64,000 bases of DNA from Bacteroidota bacterium (GTDB taxonomy: Bacteria > Bacteroidota > Ignavibacteria > OLB7), in assembly GCA_018266795.1 (NCBI GenBank), contig JAFDZV010000047.1, positions 54,759 to 118,758 of the forward strand. The letters are read 5' to 3'. This document shows, in pieces, positions 25,886-35,580 of the stretch. The notes under the pieces were generated by a model that did not search any database, had not been told where the DNA came from, and saw only the letters and a program-made list of their open reading frames with translations. The position numbers and the translations under genes were made by a program. The number at the start of each line of letters is the position of its first letter. The first letter of the stretch is position 1.

Positions 25886-26299
25886 ATGATGCAGGAATCG
25901 TTGGAGGCCCATTATCGCGCCACATCGTACGTGGTGGAAGCCGGTGGAGCGGCGGTGGTGATTCGGATCGGCGAGGCGAGCCTCGCGCTCGATCGGTTGC
26001 TGGACGATCTTCACGCCGGGAGCTTCGCCTTCATCACGGCGTGGAACCCCGGCTCTGTTCCCGTGTGCGACGATGAAAACCAGGCGCGCAACGGCGAACT
26101 GCGCGAACGGATCGTGGCGATGGGGCATGCGGCTCTTGAAGGTGAAGGCCGGGCCGATCGTGGTCCGTGGGTGCCGGAGCGGAGCTTCTTCGTGCCGGAC
26201 ATTCCATTGGAGGCCGCCGTTGTATTGGCGCGCCGGTTTGCCCAGCGGGCTATCGTGTTCGGGCGCCGGGGCGAGGCGCCCGAACTGGTGTGGTGTTGA
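25886..26299 (+). CDS. DUF3293 domain-containing protein
   Basis: Start at internal ATG ATG (MMQESLEAHY). Family hallmark AFITAWNPGS. About 138 aa. Confidence 0.6.
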   Translation: MMQESLEAHYRATSYVVEAGGAAVVIRIGEASLALDRLLDDLHAGSFAFITAWNPGSVPVCDDENQARNGELRERIVAMGHAALEGEGRADRGPWVPERSFFVPDIPLEAAVVLARRFAQRAIVFGRRGEAPELVWC

Positions 26300-26407
26300 T
26301 GGCGCGCACGGAGCATCACGGAGAACCATGGATTGGTCCCGCCGTGTTACTTTCGCAATAACCGGCGGAACTCGATTCGATCCCCATTCTCTTTCCACTC
26401 CGATTCG

Positions 26408-29400
26408 ATGAGCATTCTGACGCGTATTCTTATCCCTGCGGTGCTGGCGCTTCTCACCGTATGCGGTTCGATGCGCGCGCAGGAACCGGTGCCGCCTACG
26501 CTCCTGTGGGAGATATCCGGCAACGGTCTGGAGAAACCATCATATCTGTACGGCACCATCCACGTAAGTAAACGCGAGGCGTTCCGGCTGAACGATTCCG
26601 TGCTGACCGCGCTCCGTTCCTGTACGGTGTTTGCCTCGGAGCTCGAGTTCGACACGCTTGCACGGCAGTTCATCGAGGAATATCTGATTCCCGAGGATGG
26701 CCTGGAGCGCCTTATGCGGTTGCGTACGGAACATGTGGCTCCCGATTCGGATGAAGTTGCGGCGTTCAGGACGGGCGAGGGGGACGTTGCAACCGCGGAC
26801 ACGGAGGCCGCACAGCATTCGGCCCCGGATGCCGACACCAAAGTGGAATGGAAGCCGAAGGGGTCGCCGGAACGCCCCGCAGTTCGATCGCACGTTCACA
26901 GGCGCGTCCTTGCAGCGCTCGATCCCCGCCGGCGAGGCACATCCATCTTCGTTGGAGCGGATACCATTGGCCCCACGGACAAGCCGGCCGTTATCGACGG
27001 CTATCTCTTCGGCATTGCACGGAACGCCGGACTGAAGCTGACCGGTCTGGAACGAGTGAACGAACAGCTTGGCCTGCTTGGTTCCTTCGGATTCGAGGAC
27101 ATGTACACGCGGCTGAAACGCAGGCGGAAGCAGAAGCTCTCCAGGCAGACGGACGATGATCCCGAGAGCATGCTTGTGAATGCCTATGCCAAGGGGGACC
27201 TTGCGCGGCTCTACGAGCTCGTGAGCGACATGCCTCCAACTGTGCGCAAGCGATTGCTGGACGATCGCAATCACGTCATGGCCGAGCGCGGAGAGAAGCT
27301 GATCCGAACCGCGCCAACCTTCATTGCGGTAGGATCGGGGCATCTGCCGGGAGCCGAAGGCTTGATTGCACTGTTCCGCGGGCGAGGCTACACTGTACGT
27401 CCCGTGAAGAGCCTGTACAGCAAGGGACCGGACGATTACGGCACTCCCGCCCGCATTCCGGACTGGCAGACGTTTGCCAGTGTCGAGGGAGCCTTCTCCG
27501 TGGAGATGCCGCAGCCCCCCATCGCCATGCCGGGCGATTCGATGCCGAACTATTTCGCGGGCCGGTGGGACCGGTTCCGCTCCTGGGTATGGCCGGATCT
27601 GGGTTCCGGCCTGACCTTCGTTGTGGGCTATCTGGATTACGACGATGCCGGCCGGCAGCAGGATACCTCCGCGCTGCAATCCGCACTGGGCACCGTCTTC
27701 AGCGACATGGACGCGCGGATGCCGGAATACCGTTCCGCCGGACCCGCAATGGAGGGGCATCCGCTCCTCGAGTCGGAAAGCCGGACGGGGTTCAATCTTA
27801 CCCGCCGCTTCCGCACCCTGTTGCGTGACCGTCGCGGATACGTTGTACAGGTGGTCGCGGTCGAGTCGCAGGTACACAGCGAGGACGCCGATCGGTTCCT
27901 TTCATCGTTCAAGTTGCTGCCGCGCGGAGAGATGCCGTGGACCACGTACGACGGCAGCGACTACGGATTCACGGCGGAGCTTCCCGGCGCGACGCACGAG
28001 TCCAACGATGTGAACAACGACAACCTCGCCTACCGCGTGATGACACTGGTTGCGATCGATTCTCTCTCCGGACATCATGCGCTGCTGCAGTGCCGGGAGT
28101 TCAGCAACTACTACACGGCAACGGATTCGTCCGCCGTCTGGTCCAGATTGATCAAGCTGGAGATAGCCTACGACGAATGTCTGGAGTCCATCCGTCCGGC
28201 AAGCATGGGCGGATGCGGTGGCGTCGATCTGGTCATCGCGTCCCGAAGGAACGAAGCCGCGCGCAGGCGGGTTCGTTTCATCCTGCGCGGGCCGATGCTC
28301 TATATGGTGCGCCAGGGCGGGGCTCCCGATTCATCCGCAGCGGCCGGAGCCGATCGTCTTCTCGACTCGTTTCGCCTCACTGGTCCGGCACTTCCGGGGA
28401 GCGTGTTCACGCCGAAAGCGGATCGCCTGCTTCGCGACCTGGAGGCCACGGACGCCGTACAGCGCCAGCGCGCGCGGGCAGCCATCGGAACGTACCCCTT
28501 CTCCGTTGCCGATCTGCCGAAGATCTACAACCTGCTCTCATCGCCGCTCGTAGACGACAGCGTCGTGAGTGAGCGATATACCACGTATGAGAACGGGCCC
28601 TCGCGGAAGCGTCTGTTGTTTGCGCTTGTCAACGTGCACGACAGCACCACGATTCCCTTCCTGCGCCGGAACTTTACGATGGACGTGACCAGCGCCTCGT
28701 CGCGATCGGACATCATGAACGTGCTTGTCTCGATCGGGGGCGAGGAGGCGAACGCTGCGGTTGGCGATCTGTTGGACGAGATCAGCGAGGAAGAGCTCGA
28801 GCTGAGGATGCCGTTCAACCGCTACTACGTAGACCTTGCCGGCATGCGGCCGATGATCCCGCACATGATTGCGCTGGCAGGGCGCGGTGCCTATACCGAC
28901 GATATCTACCCGCTGATCATGATGGCCGTGGACAGCGGCATCGTGGAGCGGAGAGTGCTTGAAAGCAATCGGGTCAGAATCCTGAAGGATTGTCGCGATA
29001 TGCTTCGCGAGCAGGCGTTCCTGAAGGCGCATTCGGTTTCGAATGACGACGCGGACGACGGCGCGAGCACGGGTTCCACGTTCCAGATGCGCGCGCCGAC
29101 CATGGCAGCGCTTCTGGGCTATCTCGATCCGTCCGAAGAGAGTGTGGCCGTGCTGAAGAAGTTTGCATCCTGCGGCGATCTGGAGGTGGAGTTCGCAGCG
29201 CTCCGTGCATTGGCGCGTCTGAACCAGCCGCTGCCGCAGACAACTGTTCGCTCGCTTGCGTCCGACCTTCAGTATCGCACCAGGGTGTACACGGAGCTGG
29301 ATCGGCTGGGATACACGAAGGCGATTCCGGCCGCGCTCCGATCGCAGCAGAGCATTGCGGCGGGAGTGCTTTCGGATTGGATCGTCGATTCAGACGACGG

Positions 29401-29701
29401 CGACGGACCGGCGGTGGTATCGATCAAGCTTGTCGGCGAACGCGAGATCCATGCGGGCGATACGGCGATCGCACCGGAGGGACGATACTTCCTCTTCGAG
29501 TTCAGCATTGGAGATGGGAAGCGACTGGTGGGATTGAGCGGTCCTCAGCCGCTGGACCGGTCCCGGGTTGATGCGGCCTCCTCGAGCGCGTATACGTATT
29601 TCGATGCGCTCGATGCGCTCGATGCGGGAAGTCCGGAACGTCACTTCGAAAAACTGTTGCGCGCGATAAAGAATGCGCGCGGAGCCTCGGGTGACGAATG
29701 A
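26408..29701 (+). CDS. Large (1097 aa) TraB/GumN-family protein with long C-terminal alpha-helical (HEAT-like) extension
   Basis: Signal peptide MSILTRILIPAVLALLTVCGSMRAQ at internal ATG. TraB/GumN N-terminal hallmark LLWEISGNGLEKPSYLYGTIHV. The remaining about 800 aa are helical-repeat-like (e.g. EFAALRALARL). Confidence 0.8.
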   Translation: MSILTRILIPAVLALLTVCGSMRAQEPVPPTLLWEISGNGLEKPSYLYGTIHVSKREAFRLNDSVLTALRSCTVFASELEFDTLARQFIEEYLIPEDGLERLMRLRTEHVAPDSDEVAAFRTGEGDVATADTEAAQHSAPDADTKVEWKPKGSPERPAVRSHVHRRVLAALDPRRRGTSIFVGADTIGPTDKPAVIDGYLFGIARNAGLKLTGLERVNEQLGLLGSFGFEDMYTRLKRRRKQKLSRQTDDDPESMLVNAYAKGDLARLYELVSDMPPTVRKRLLDDRNHVMAERGEKLIRTAPTFIAVGSGHLPGAEGLIALFRGRGYTVRPVKSLYSKGPDDYGTPARIPDWQTFASVEGAFSVEMPQPPIAMPGDSMPNYFAGRWDRFRSWVWPDLGSGLTFVVGYLDYDDAGRQQDTSALQSALGTVFSDMDARMPEYRSAGPAMEGHPLLESESRTGFNLTRRFRTLLRDRRGYVVQVVAVESQVHSEDADRFLSSFKLLPRGEMPWTTYDGSDYGFTAELPGATHESNDVNNDNLAYRVMTLVAIDSLSGHHALLQCREFSNYYTATDSSAVWSRLIKLEIAYDECLESIRPASMGGCGGVDLVIASRRNEAARRRVRFILRGPMLYMVRQGGAPDSSAAAGADRLLDSFRLTGPALPGSVFTPKADRLLRDLEATDAVQRQRARAAIGTYPFSVADLPKIYNLLSSPLVDDSVVSERYTTYENGPSRKRLLFALVNVHDSTTIPFLRRNFTMDVTSASSRSDIMNVLVSIGGEEANAAVGDLLDEISEEELELRMPFNRYYVDLAGMRPMIPHMIALAGRGAYTDDIYPLIMMAVDSGIVERRVLESNRVRILKDCRDMLREQAFLKAHSVSNDDADDGASTGSTFQMRAPTMAALLGYLDPSEESVAVLKKFASCGDLEVEFAALRALARLNQPLPQTTVRSLASDLQYRTRVYTELDRLGYTKAIPAALRSQQSIAAGVLSDWIVDSDDGDGPAVVSIKLVGEREIHAGDTAIAPEGRYFLFEFSIGDGKRLVGLSGPQPLDRSRVDAASSSAYTYFDALDALDAGSPERHFEKLLRAIKNARGASGDE

Positions 29702-29802
29702 TGTGATGGCGGCATCGGCATCTGCCGCCGGTAGCCGCCCGTGAGTATCCAACCGGCTACCGACCCGTCGACAACGGAACCTGCCGGAGTTCCCGACGTT
29801 CG

Positions 29803-29858
29803 GCCCTTCAGGGCCTGCAGGCCCTGAAGGGCATCCTGGTCCTGACAGGAACTGTCAG
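29803..29858. terminator. Two adjacent hairpins between convergent genes: a 30-bp perfect palindrome (gcccttcagggcc tgca ggccctgaagggc, 29803..29832) and ctgacag-gaa-ctgtcag (29842..29858) followed by tatttc
   Basis: Seen directly. The second hairpin overlaps the stop codon of the minus-strand thioredoxin-fold gene and is followed by a T-rich run on the plus strand. Candidate bidirectional terminators. Confidence 0.5.
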
Positions 29859-30484
29859 TATTTCACGGAGCAGCCGTACGGCTGCGTGGCGGCCACGGTG
29901 ACCGGCTTGCCGTTCAGAACTTCGTCCAGTGCTGCCGCTACATAGTTCTTTGCCTCCTTCACATCGTCCGGGTTCGTGCTTCGCCTGTCGTCTATCGCTC
30001 CCTTGTAGACAATCTCTCCCTTGGGATCGATAACGAACATGTGCGGTGTGGTGCGTGCGCCGTACAGCTTGCCGACCTTGCCGTCGGAGTCCATCAGGAT
30101 TGCCGTTGGCGCCGCCTCGCGCTTCTGCGCGATCTCGTTCAACGCATCCGGTGAGTAGTAGCCTTCCTTCCCCGCCGCCGAGGAGACGATCGAAAGCCAT
30201 ACCACGCCCTTGTCCCGATATGTGCGCTGCAGGTTCTGCATGTTGTGCGAGTTGTAGTGCTTCTGCACGAATGGGCAGTCGAAGTTCAACCACTCCAGCA
30301 CAACGAATTTCCCCTTGAGATCGGCGAGCCGGTACTGTGTGCCGTGAATGTCCGTGAGTGTGAAGTCCGGCGCCAGCGCATCGTCCGCCTGTGCAGTGCG
30401 CGTGATGAACGCCGTGCCGATAATCAATCCGGCCGCAGCTGCGACCAGGACCACGGCAATCCATGTGCGAATGTTCGATCTCAT
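29855..30484 (-). CDS. Thioredoxin-fold (redoxin/AhpC-TSA-like) exported protein
   Basis: N-terminal TM/signal segment (WIAVVLVAAAAGLIIGTAFI). Thioredoxin-fold pattern DFTLTDIHGTQYRLADLKGKFVVLEWLNFDCPFV with a single active-site Cys in context, and a C-terminal Cys (PYGCSVKY). Confidence 0.75.
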   Translation of the reverse strand: MRSNIRTWIAVVLVAAAAGLIIGTAFITRTAQADDALAPDFTLTDIHGTQYRLADLKGKFVVLEWLNFDCPFVQKHYNSHNMQNLQRTYRDKGVVWLSIVSSAAGKEGYYSPDALNEIAQKREAAPTAILMDSDGKVGKLYGARTTPHMFVIDPKGEIVYKGAIDDRRSTNPDDVKEAKNYVAAALDEVLNGKPVTVAATQPYGCSVKY

Positions 30485-30602
30485 ATCGTTCTCTCCCAGG
30501 CTTGGTGTTGTTCGTTGGCCGCTTGTTATTCGTCGATGGCCAGTGGCTCGTAGTCAGGAGATATTCTCCAGCCGCCACTGACCGCTGACTACTCACCTTG
30601 GT

Positions 30603-31502
30603 TCACTTCTTCGCCACGTTGACGATCGGAACATCGATTTCCGTGTCCATTCTCTCCTTCGTGGAGGATTCCACCTCGAGAACGCCGCGGAGCCGCTGCG
30701 GCGGCCTGGTTGCGAAGGAGGAAAGGCGCAGCGACACCGTGAGTCCCGTTGGGCTGGGCGCGAACGTCTGCGCGGCGGAATGATCGATCACCGCCTCGTC
30801 AGCGGCGAAGAACTGCACGCGAAACGCGCGTGCGGCAACGGGCATCTCCTTCAGGGGCACGCGCAGAGCGATAGTGCTGTCGTGAAGCTGCGCCGTTACT
30901 CCCGTTCTCGGAGCCTGATTTGGAAACATGCACTGTCGCGTGTTTGCCAGGGCCTTCCAGAGGGAATCCGCAGGCGCGGACGTTGCATGTACCGGCAGTG
31001 TGAGCGCAAGCTCCGCCGTTCCCGGAAGGCATATCCGGCTGCACACCAGCCAGGACGCCGTACAGCCGATGGTGAACGTGCTCCCGGGCGCGAGCCCGGA
31101 AGGCGGATGGATCACGGACTGGAGCACCACGAAGTCGCCGTAGGCGTATGTTACCTCCGGCGGATCGCCGATCAGTTCCGGCACCGGCCAGCGAAGCGAG
31201 TCCGCGCGTGCGCCGGCAGGAAGTTTCCAGACGATCGAGGTCGCCATGCCGGCATCGCCGGGATTGCGCCAGTAGGTGTGCCATCCCTTTTCCATGCGCA
31301 GCAGCACGCCAACGGTGATCGGAGCTCCCGGCACAACGGCGGTGCGGCTGGCAATCAGGCGCGCCTCCACATGCGGAGCGTGCGCCGACGCCTGTTGCGC
31401 AGCTGCAGCTGCGGTCATCACCGTCAATGCAACCGGCACGGCCCACACACGCCGCGTGATTGCCGCGGCCCATCCCTTCCCATTGTTCGGCGGATTCTTC
31501 AT
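30603..31502 (-). CDS. DsbD N-terminal (alpha-domain)-like / DsbC-like domain protein
   Basis: Start at internal ATG (MKNPPNNGKGWAAAITRRVWAVPVALTVMTAAAAAQQASA signal). GWHTYWRNPGDAGMATSIVW and the Cys pair GCTASWLVCSRIC are typical of the DsbD alpha-domain family. Confidence 0.7.
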   Translation of the reverse strand: MKNPPNNGKGWAAAITRRVWAVPVALTVMTAAAAAQQASAHAPHVEARLIASRTAVVPGAPITVGVLLRMEKGWHTYWRNPGDAGMATSIVWKLPAGARADSLRWPVPELIGDPPEVTYAYGDFVVLQSVIHPPSGLAPGSTFTIGCTASWLVCSRICLPGTAELALTLPVHATSAPADSLWKALANTRQCMFPNQAPRTGVTAQLHDSTIALRVPLKEMPVAARAFRVQFFAADEAVIDHSAAQTFAPSPTGLTVSLRLSSFATRPPQRLRGVLEVESSTKERMDTEIDVPIVNVAKK

Positions 31503-31737
31503 ACGATAGTCGCAGGTCCAAGGGCAGGTGTGCCTCCCGGCGTGCAGCCCGGCGTGCAGCCCGGCGGCAGTGCCTCCAATGCTATTCCCCGACGGTTCGG
31601 ATTTCATCCACACGTCTGCACGGCGAAATCACCGATCTCGCCGGCGAACAGCGGGGCGTTGTTCCGGCTTCAACGAACGAAGCCTTCCGCGTCGGGAAGG
31701 CTTCGAGGGATTTCAACTGTCGGCGAATCGGCCGGCG

Positions 31738-32223
31738 TTACAGGTAGAAGTTCACGCCGCCCTGCAGCCCGACATCCGATGACTTCGAGAGAACGAAGAC
31801 CTTGAGTCCGGCCCAGTACTGGATCAGCGAGCGGCTGTTGAAGACCATGCCGCCGCCGAGGTTGAGACGAAAATCGGTATCCGACTTGCTTGTTCCGTTT
31901 ACCGTGACGAAGCTGACGCCAACGCCCAGGCCGCCAAGAACGTACGGACGCACCTCGCTGCCCTGGAGGTTGAACGAGTACCGTCCGTTTGCATCCAGAA
32001 TCACGAGCGTGGTGTTCTGTATGCCGAATACCAGCTCAGCGGCTGGCTCGAAATCGAGTTCGGACGTAAACGGTATCTCACCGTTGACGCCGATCATCGG
32101 CTTGCTGCCGTCGAAGTAGAGACCAACCTTGGCGCCGATTGCGTTCGCACGAACCTGTGCGTGCGCAGCAGCGAGCCCAAGCGTGAACATGCCGAGGATG
32201 GTAGCAAGAAGGATTCGTTTCAT
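31738..32223 (-). CDS. Small outer-membrane beta-barrel protein (OmpW/opacity-porin-like)
   Basis: Signal peptide MKRILLATILGMFTLGLAAAHAQ. Alternating hydrophobic beta-strand pattern. C-terminal GGVNFYL (aromatic near terminus). Confidence 0.75.
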   Translation of the reverse strand: MKRILLATILGMFTLGLAAAHAQVRANAIGAKVGLYFDGSKPMIGVNGEIPFTSELDFEPAAELVFGIQNTTLVILDANGRYSFNLQGSEVRPYVLGGLGVGVSFVTVNGTSKSDTDFRLNLGGGMVFNSRSLIQYWAGLKVFVLSKSSDVGLQGGVNFYL

Positions 32224-32879
32224 ACTGAGCCTCGATGAAAAACTGCTTCAGTGAGTTGTGAGTCGCGCGAATTTACACAAGAGGGGCTCATTCTTTCGTA
32301 GGTATTTCGGAATTGCAGCAACTCATTTTGCGTTCCGGGCAACGCTCTCAGCCACAACGCCGAAGGTTTCCGGCCGGGCCGGCGTCTCCCGGACCTCAGC
32401 GCGAGGGAGCCCGCTCAGGTGATCGCCGGCGTGGACGCAATGCCGGCGGGCTCCGAGGCGCGGCATGCTTGGGCCGTTCGTGCGGGCTGCCGCATCGGCC
32501 GCCGGCCCCGGCTACCGGCCCCGGCCACCGGATGCGCACTTATTTGCGCGGCGAGACATCAGCGATATGATTGAAACGTCGATATTCGTGACGGGCGGCA
32601 TTGAACGATGTGGGGTTGTAAGAGTTCCTATCACAGCGGGCTGCACTTCAGAAACCTGCAGGGTGCTGTCCTCCTCCGTTCGGCTTGTTCTTGCAACTGA
32701 CCAGGAACCACAGCGAGCCGCAGGTGAGCGTACAAGGAATCGGGCTCCTGGTTACCAGAGACCGTTGATAACGTGATCAACCGTATGGCCGGAACCCTAA
32801 AGGCCGCGTGATGCACGGCGATCGGCAGGGTACGCGGCCGGTTTTCAGCCGAGGCCGTTATGCAGGCAGGGGAACGCGA

Positions 32880-33269
32880 ATGATGACGCACGAACAATCC
32901 CAGACTCCAGCGATTGAACCGGCCCACGGCAAGCTGTGGGCAACGCTTCACATGCGCTGCCCGCGATGCCATCATGGGCGCGTCTACACCGGACTGTGGA
33001 CCATGCTGAAGGTCTGTTCCGTCTGCCATCTCGTCTACCAGCGCGAGCCGGGCTACTTCAGCGGGGCAACCTTCTTCAGTTATGCTCTGGGCACAACACT
33101 GGTGGGGATCTGGATCATCATCTTCTTTACCTTCTTCCCGGAGCTTCCCGACATCTGGGTGCACGGGCTTGCGCTTGCGCTGATGCTGCCGTTCCTTCCC
33201 ATCATCATGCGCTACTCGCGCATTCTCTGGATGATGATGGATCGTTCAATCGATATCTCTCCCCAGTAG
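32880..33269 (+). CDS. DUF983 family protein (zinc-ribbon plus 2 TM helices)
   Basis: CPRCHHG...CSVCH zinc ribbon, followed by hydrophobic helices (LGTTLVGIWIIIFFTFF, GLALALMLPFLPIIM). Start ambiguous (ATG at 32880/32883; the track begins at 32808). Confidence 0.6.
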   Translation: MMTHEQSQTPAIEPAHGKLWATLHMRCPRCHHGRVYTGLWTMLKVCSVCHLVYQREPGYFSGATFFSYALGTTLVGIWIIIFFTFFPELPDIWVHGLALALMLPFLPIIMRYSRILWMMMDRSIDISPQ

Positions 33270-33458
33270 AGTTTTCCTGCCGCCGTGCTCGCGTCATCGC
33301 ACCGCCCGGCGCGTGCGGGAAACTCCCGGCCCTTCCCTCCGGATGGATACGCGGCGGGGCACGGCAACTGCCGCACCCCGGTGGATGATCGAGTGCCGGC
33401 GGACGACGGTTCCCCGCGAACGCCGCTCAAATGCCGGACGGTTTCTGCGCTGGAGAAC

Positions 33459-35390
33459 CTATCGCACGCACCGCACGGAAACCCATGAGCTGCCGGTTGG
33501 CGTGGAGAGCCGGCAGGCATAGGCGCCCGGAGGGAGTCCTCTCATATCGAGCGCAGTGCTGTGTGTACCCGCGCCGAACAGATCGCTCGCCACCGTCCTC
33601 ACCTGACGTCCCAACTCATCGAACAGAGCGATGGTGGCCTCGCCGCCGCGTGCAAGCGAGAACGTGATCGTTGCGCTCTGCTGCACCGGGTTCGGCGCGA
33701 TGGAGACCAACCGATCCTCCCCGCCCGGCCCGATGGCGGTCGGCACGGAGGACGGCTCCAGGCTCACCTTGAAGGCGCGGGTTTCGCTGAAGCCGCTCCA
33801 ACCGCTGGAGTTGTGGGCTCGAGCCCGCCAGAAGTATGTATGGCCGTCCTGAAGGCCGGTGCGGAGCGCGAACGTGTCCGTCACGGCGGAGTCCACTGCG
33901 GCGCCCGCGAACGCGGCGTTCTCCGCGAGCGACACTTCGTAGCGGTCGATCGCCGGGCTGGCTGCCCGCCACACCAGCGTTGCCGACGTCTCGGAGATCA
34001 CCTCCGACGGAGCCGGGTACACCAACTGTACCGTTGACGGTGCGGAGAGATCGATCCTGAAGTTCCAGACGTCGCTCCAGGGGCCGCGCTCCGCGTTGCG
34101 TTCGGCGCGCACCCGCCAGTAGTATCGGCCCAGCGGCAGCGGCCCAACCGGGCGCGTGCCAGCGGTGACGGTGGAATCGTCAACCAGGAGTGTTGCGAAG
34201 GTGTTGCTGGTTGAAAGCTGCACGTGATAGATCGGCACCAGCGTATCGCGCTGCCACTGCAGGTTCTGCGAACTGTTCGTGGTGCTGGTGTTGTTGGCAG
34301 GTGCAGCCAGGATGGGCGCCGTGAGTGCCGGCGGCGGCGGCGGCGTTGCCGTATCGCCGTTCAGATGGATGTACCATGGGTTCAGCATCTCATCCACGTA
34401 ATAGCTCGCCAGTGTCGCGTTGCTGTCGATGCGTGCATCGCCCCACGTTCCTCCCCAGTTCGTGTTGATGTAGCAGAAGCCCTTGACCTCCTCGTGTGCG
34501 CTGAGGAACTCGAAGAAGGGGGCAAACCAGTTGTACCAGATGTCGACCCCCTTCGCGGAATCGGGTGTGATGTTCATCCCGGCCGCGGATACCTCTGAGG
34601 CAAGAACCGGCTTGCCGTGCGTGCGCGCCATCTCCAGGAAGCGCTCCACCTTGCCGTGCGTGGTGATGCCGCTTGCGTCGTTCTCCGGAAGCGATATGTC
34701 GAACTCGTCGTTGAAGAAGAGATCGATGCCGAACCAGTCCACATAGCCGTCGCCGGGGTACCAGCGCGAGCCGCTTGCATCAACCTGATCGAAATCGTTG
34801 GGTGCGCCGGAGGAGTAGTAGCACCAGATGAACGCAGCCGAATCCCCCGCGCCGGCAGCGCGGAAGCGGTCCACGATCTTCTTGAAGGCCTTCGGATAGA
34901 TATCGGCATGATAGCCGTTCCATGGCCCGTTGAACTCGAAGCCGGGGCGGATGAAGATCCGCCGCCCGAAGCCCTTGCAGATCGCCGCAAGGCTGTCCAC
35001 CATTGCGTCGTACTGCGTGGTGGTTGCCAGAATGCTGTCGGAGCCGATGGTCCCGTTTGTGATATCGATGCTCAACTCCGGGAACCGACCGGCCGCCCGC
35101 TCCGTTGCAAGCGCGGCGCGAAGTGCGGCATACGGCGGCGCTCCCGAGCCGGGAAGTTCGAAGTACAGCTTCGAGAGATATGGGAGCGTTGTGCTGTCCA
35201 TCACGGCGCGATACGCATCTGCCTCCGCGGCCGATCCGCCAACGCCGTGGTATACGCGGCCCGTATCGGGCTCGAACTTCGCAAGCGCGTGTACCGCGTG
35301 CGCGGAGAGGCTGGGGCGCGTCCGCACGATGTTCTGTGCATGAAGAGTCGAGGCAAGAAAGAGAAGGCAGAGAGCAGCGCGACTGGTCAT
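33459..35390 (-). CDS. Secreted GH26-like glycoside hydrolase (beta-mannanase family) with FN3-like domains and T9SS C-terminal sorting domain
   Basis: Signal peptide MTSRAALCLLFLASTLHAQN at internal ATG. Clan GH-A motif IRPGFEFNGPWNGYH resembles the GH26 acid/base region. Two about 90-aa FN3-like modules (YYWRVRA..., YFWRARA...). C-terminal APNPVQQSATITF...GAYACRLSTPTGSSWVSVRCVR is the T9SS CTD. Confidence 0.8.
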   Translation of the reverse strand: MTSRAALCLLFLASTLHAQNIVRTRPSLSAHAVHALAKFEPDTGRVYHGVGGSAAEADAYRAVMDSTTLPYLSKLYFELPGSGAPPYAALRAALATERAAGRFPELSIDITNGTIGSDSILATTTQYDAMVDSLAAICKGFGRRIFIRPGFEFNGPWNGYHADIYPKAFKKIVDRFRAAGAGDSAAFIWCYYSSGAPNDFDQVDASGSRWYPGDGYVDWFGIDLFFNDEFDISLPENDASGITTHGKVERFLEMARTHGKPVLASEVSAAGMNITPDSAKGVDIWYNWFAPFFEFLSAHEEVKGFCYINTNWGGTWGDARIDSNATLASYYVDEMLNPWYIHLNGDTATPPPPPALTAPILAAPANNTSTTNSSQNLQWQRDTLVPIYHVQLSTSNTFATLLVDDSTVTAGTRPVGPLPLGRYYWRVRAERNAERGPWSDVWNFRIDLSAPSTVQLVYPAPSEVISETSATLVWRAASPAIDRYEVSLAENAAFAGAAVDSAVTDTFALRTGLQDGHTYFWRARAHNSSGWSGFSETRAFKVSLEPSSVPTAIGPGGEDRLVSIAPNPVQQSATITFSLARGGEATIALFDELGRQVRTVASDLFGAGTHSTALDMRGLPPGAYACRLSTPTGSSWVSVRCVR

Positions 35391-35580
35391 GATGCTTCCA
35401 ATGAATCGAGTTGAGCAGAAGAATACCGGATACTGGACGGATATCCACATGGAATGATCCGGATCCGGGAGCAATGGTAACGGGCGTGCGGCGAACTCCG
35501 TAACTTCAGCGCTCGTATTGCCGCCGGGATCGTCGCATTCCCGCATGCCCGGCGGCCCGCTCAACTCTCCGCTTCAATCG

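Noticed and set aside
32766-32778. 13-mer tgataacgtgatc shared with 54613..54625
   Set aside because: Expected by chance about tens of times for 13-mers in a 64-kb window on both strands. Flanks are not similar. Not treated as a repeat family.
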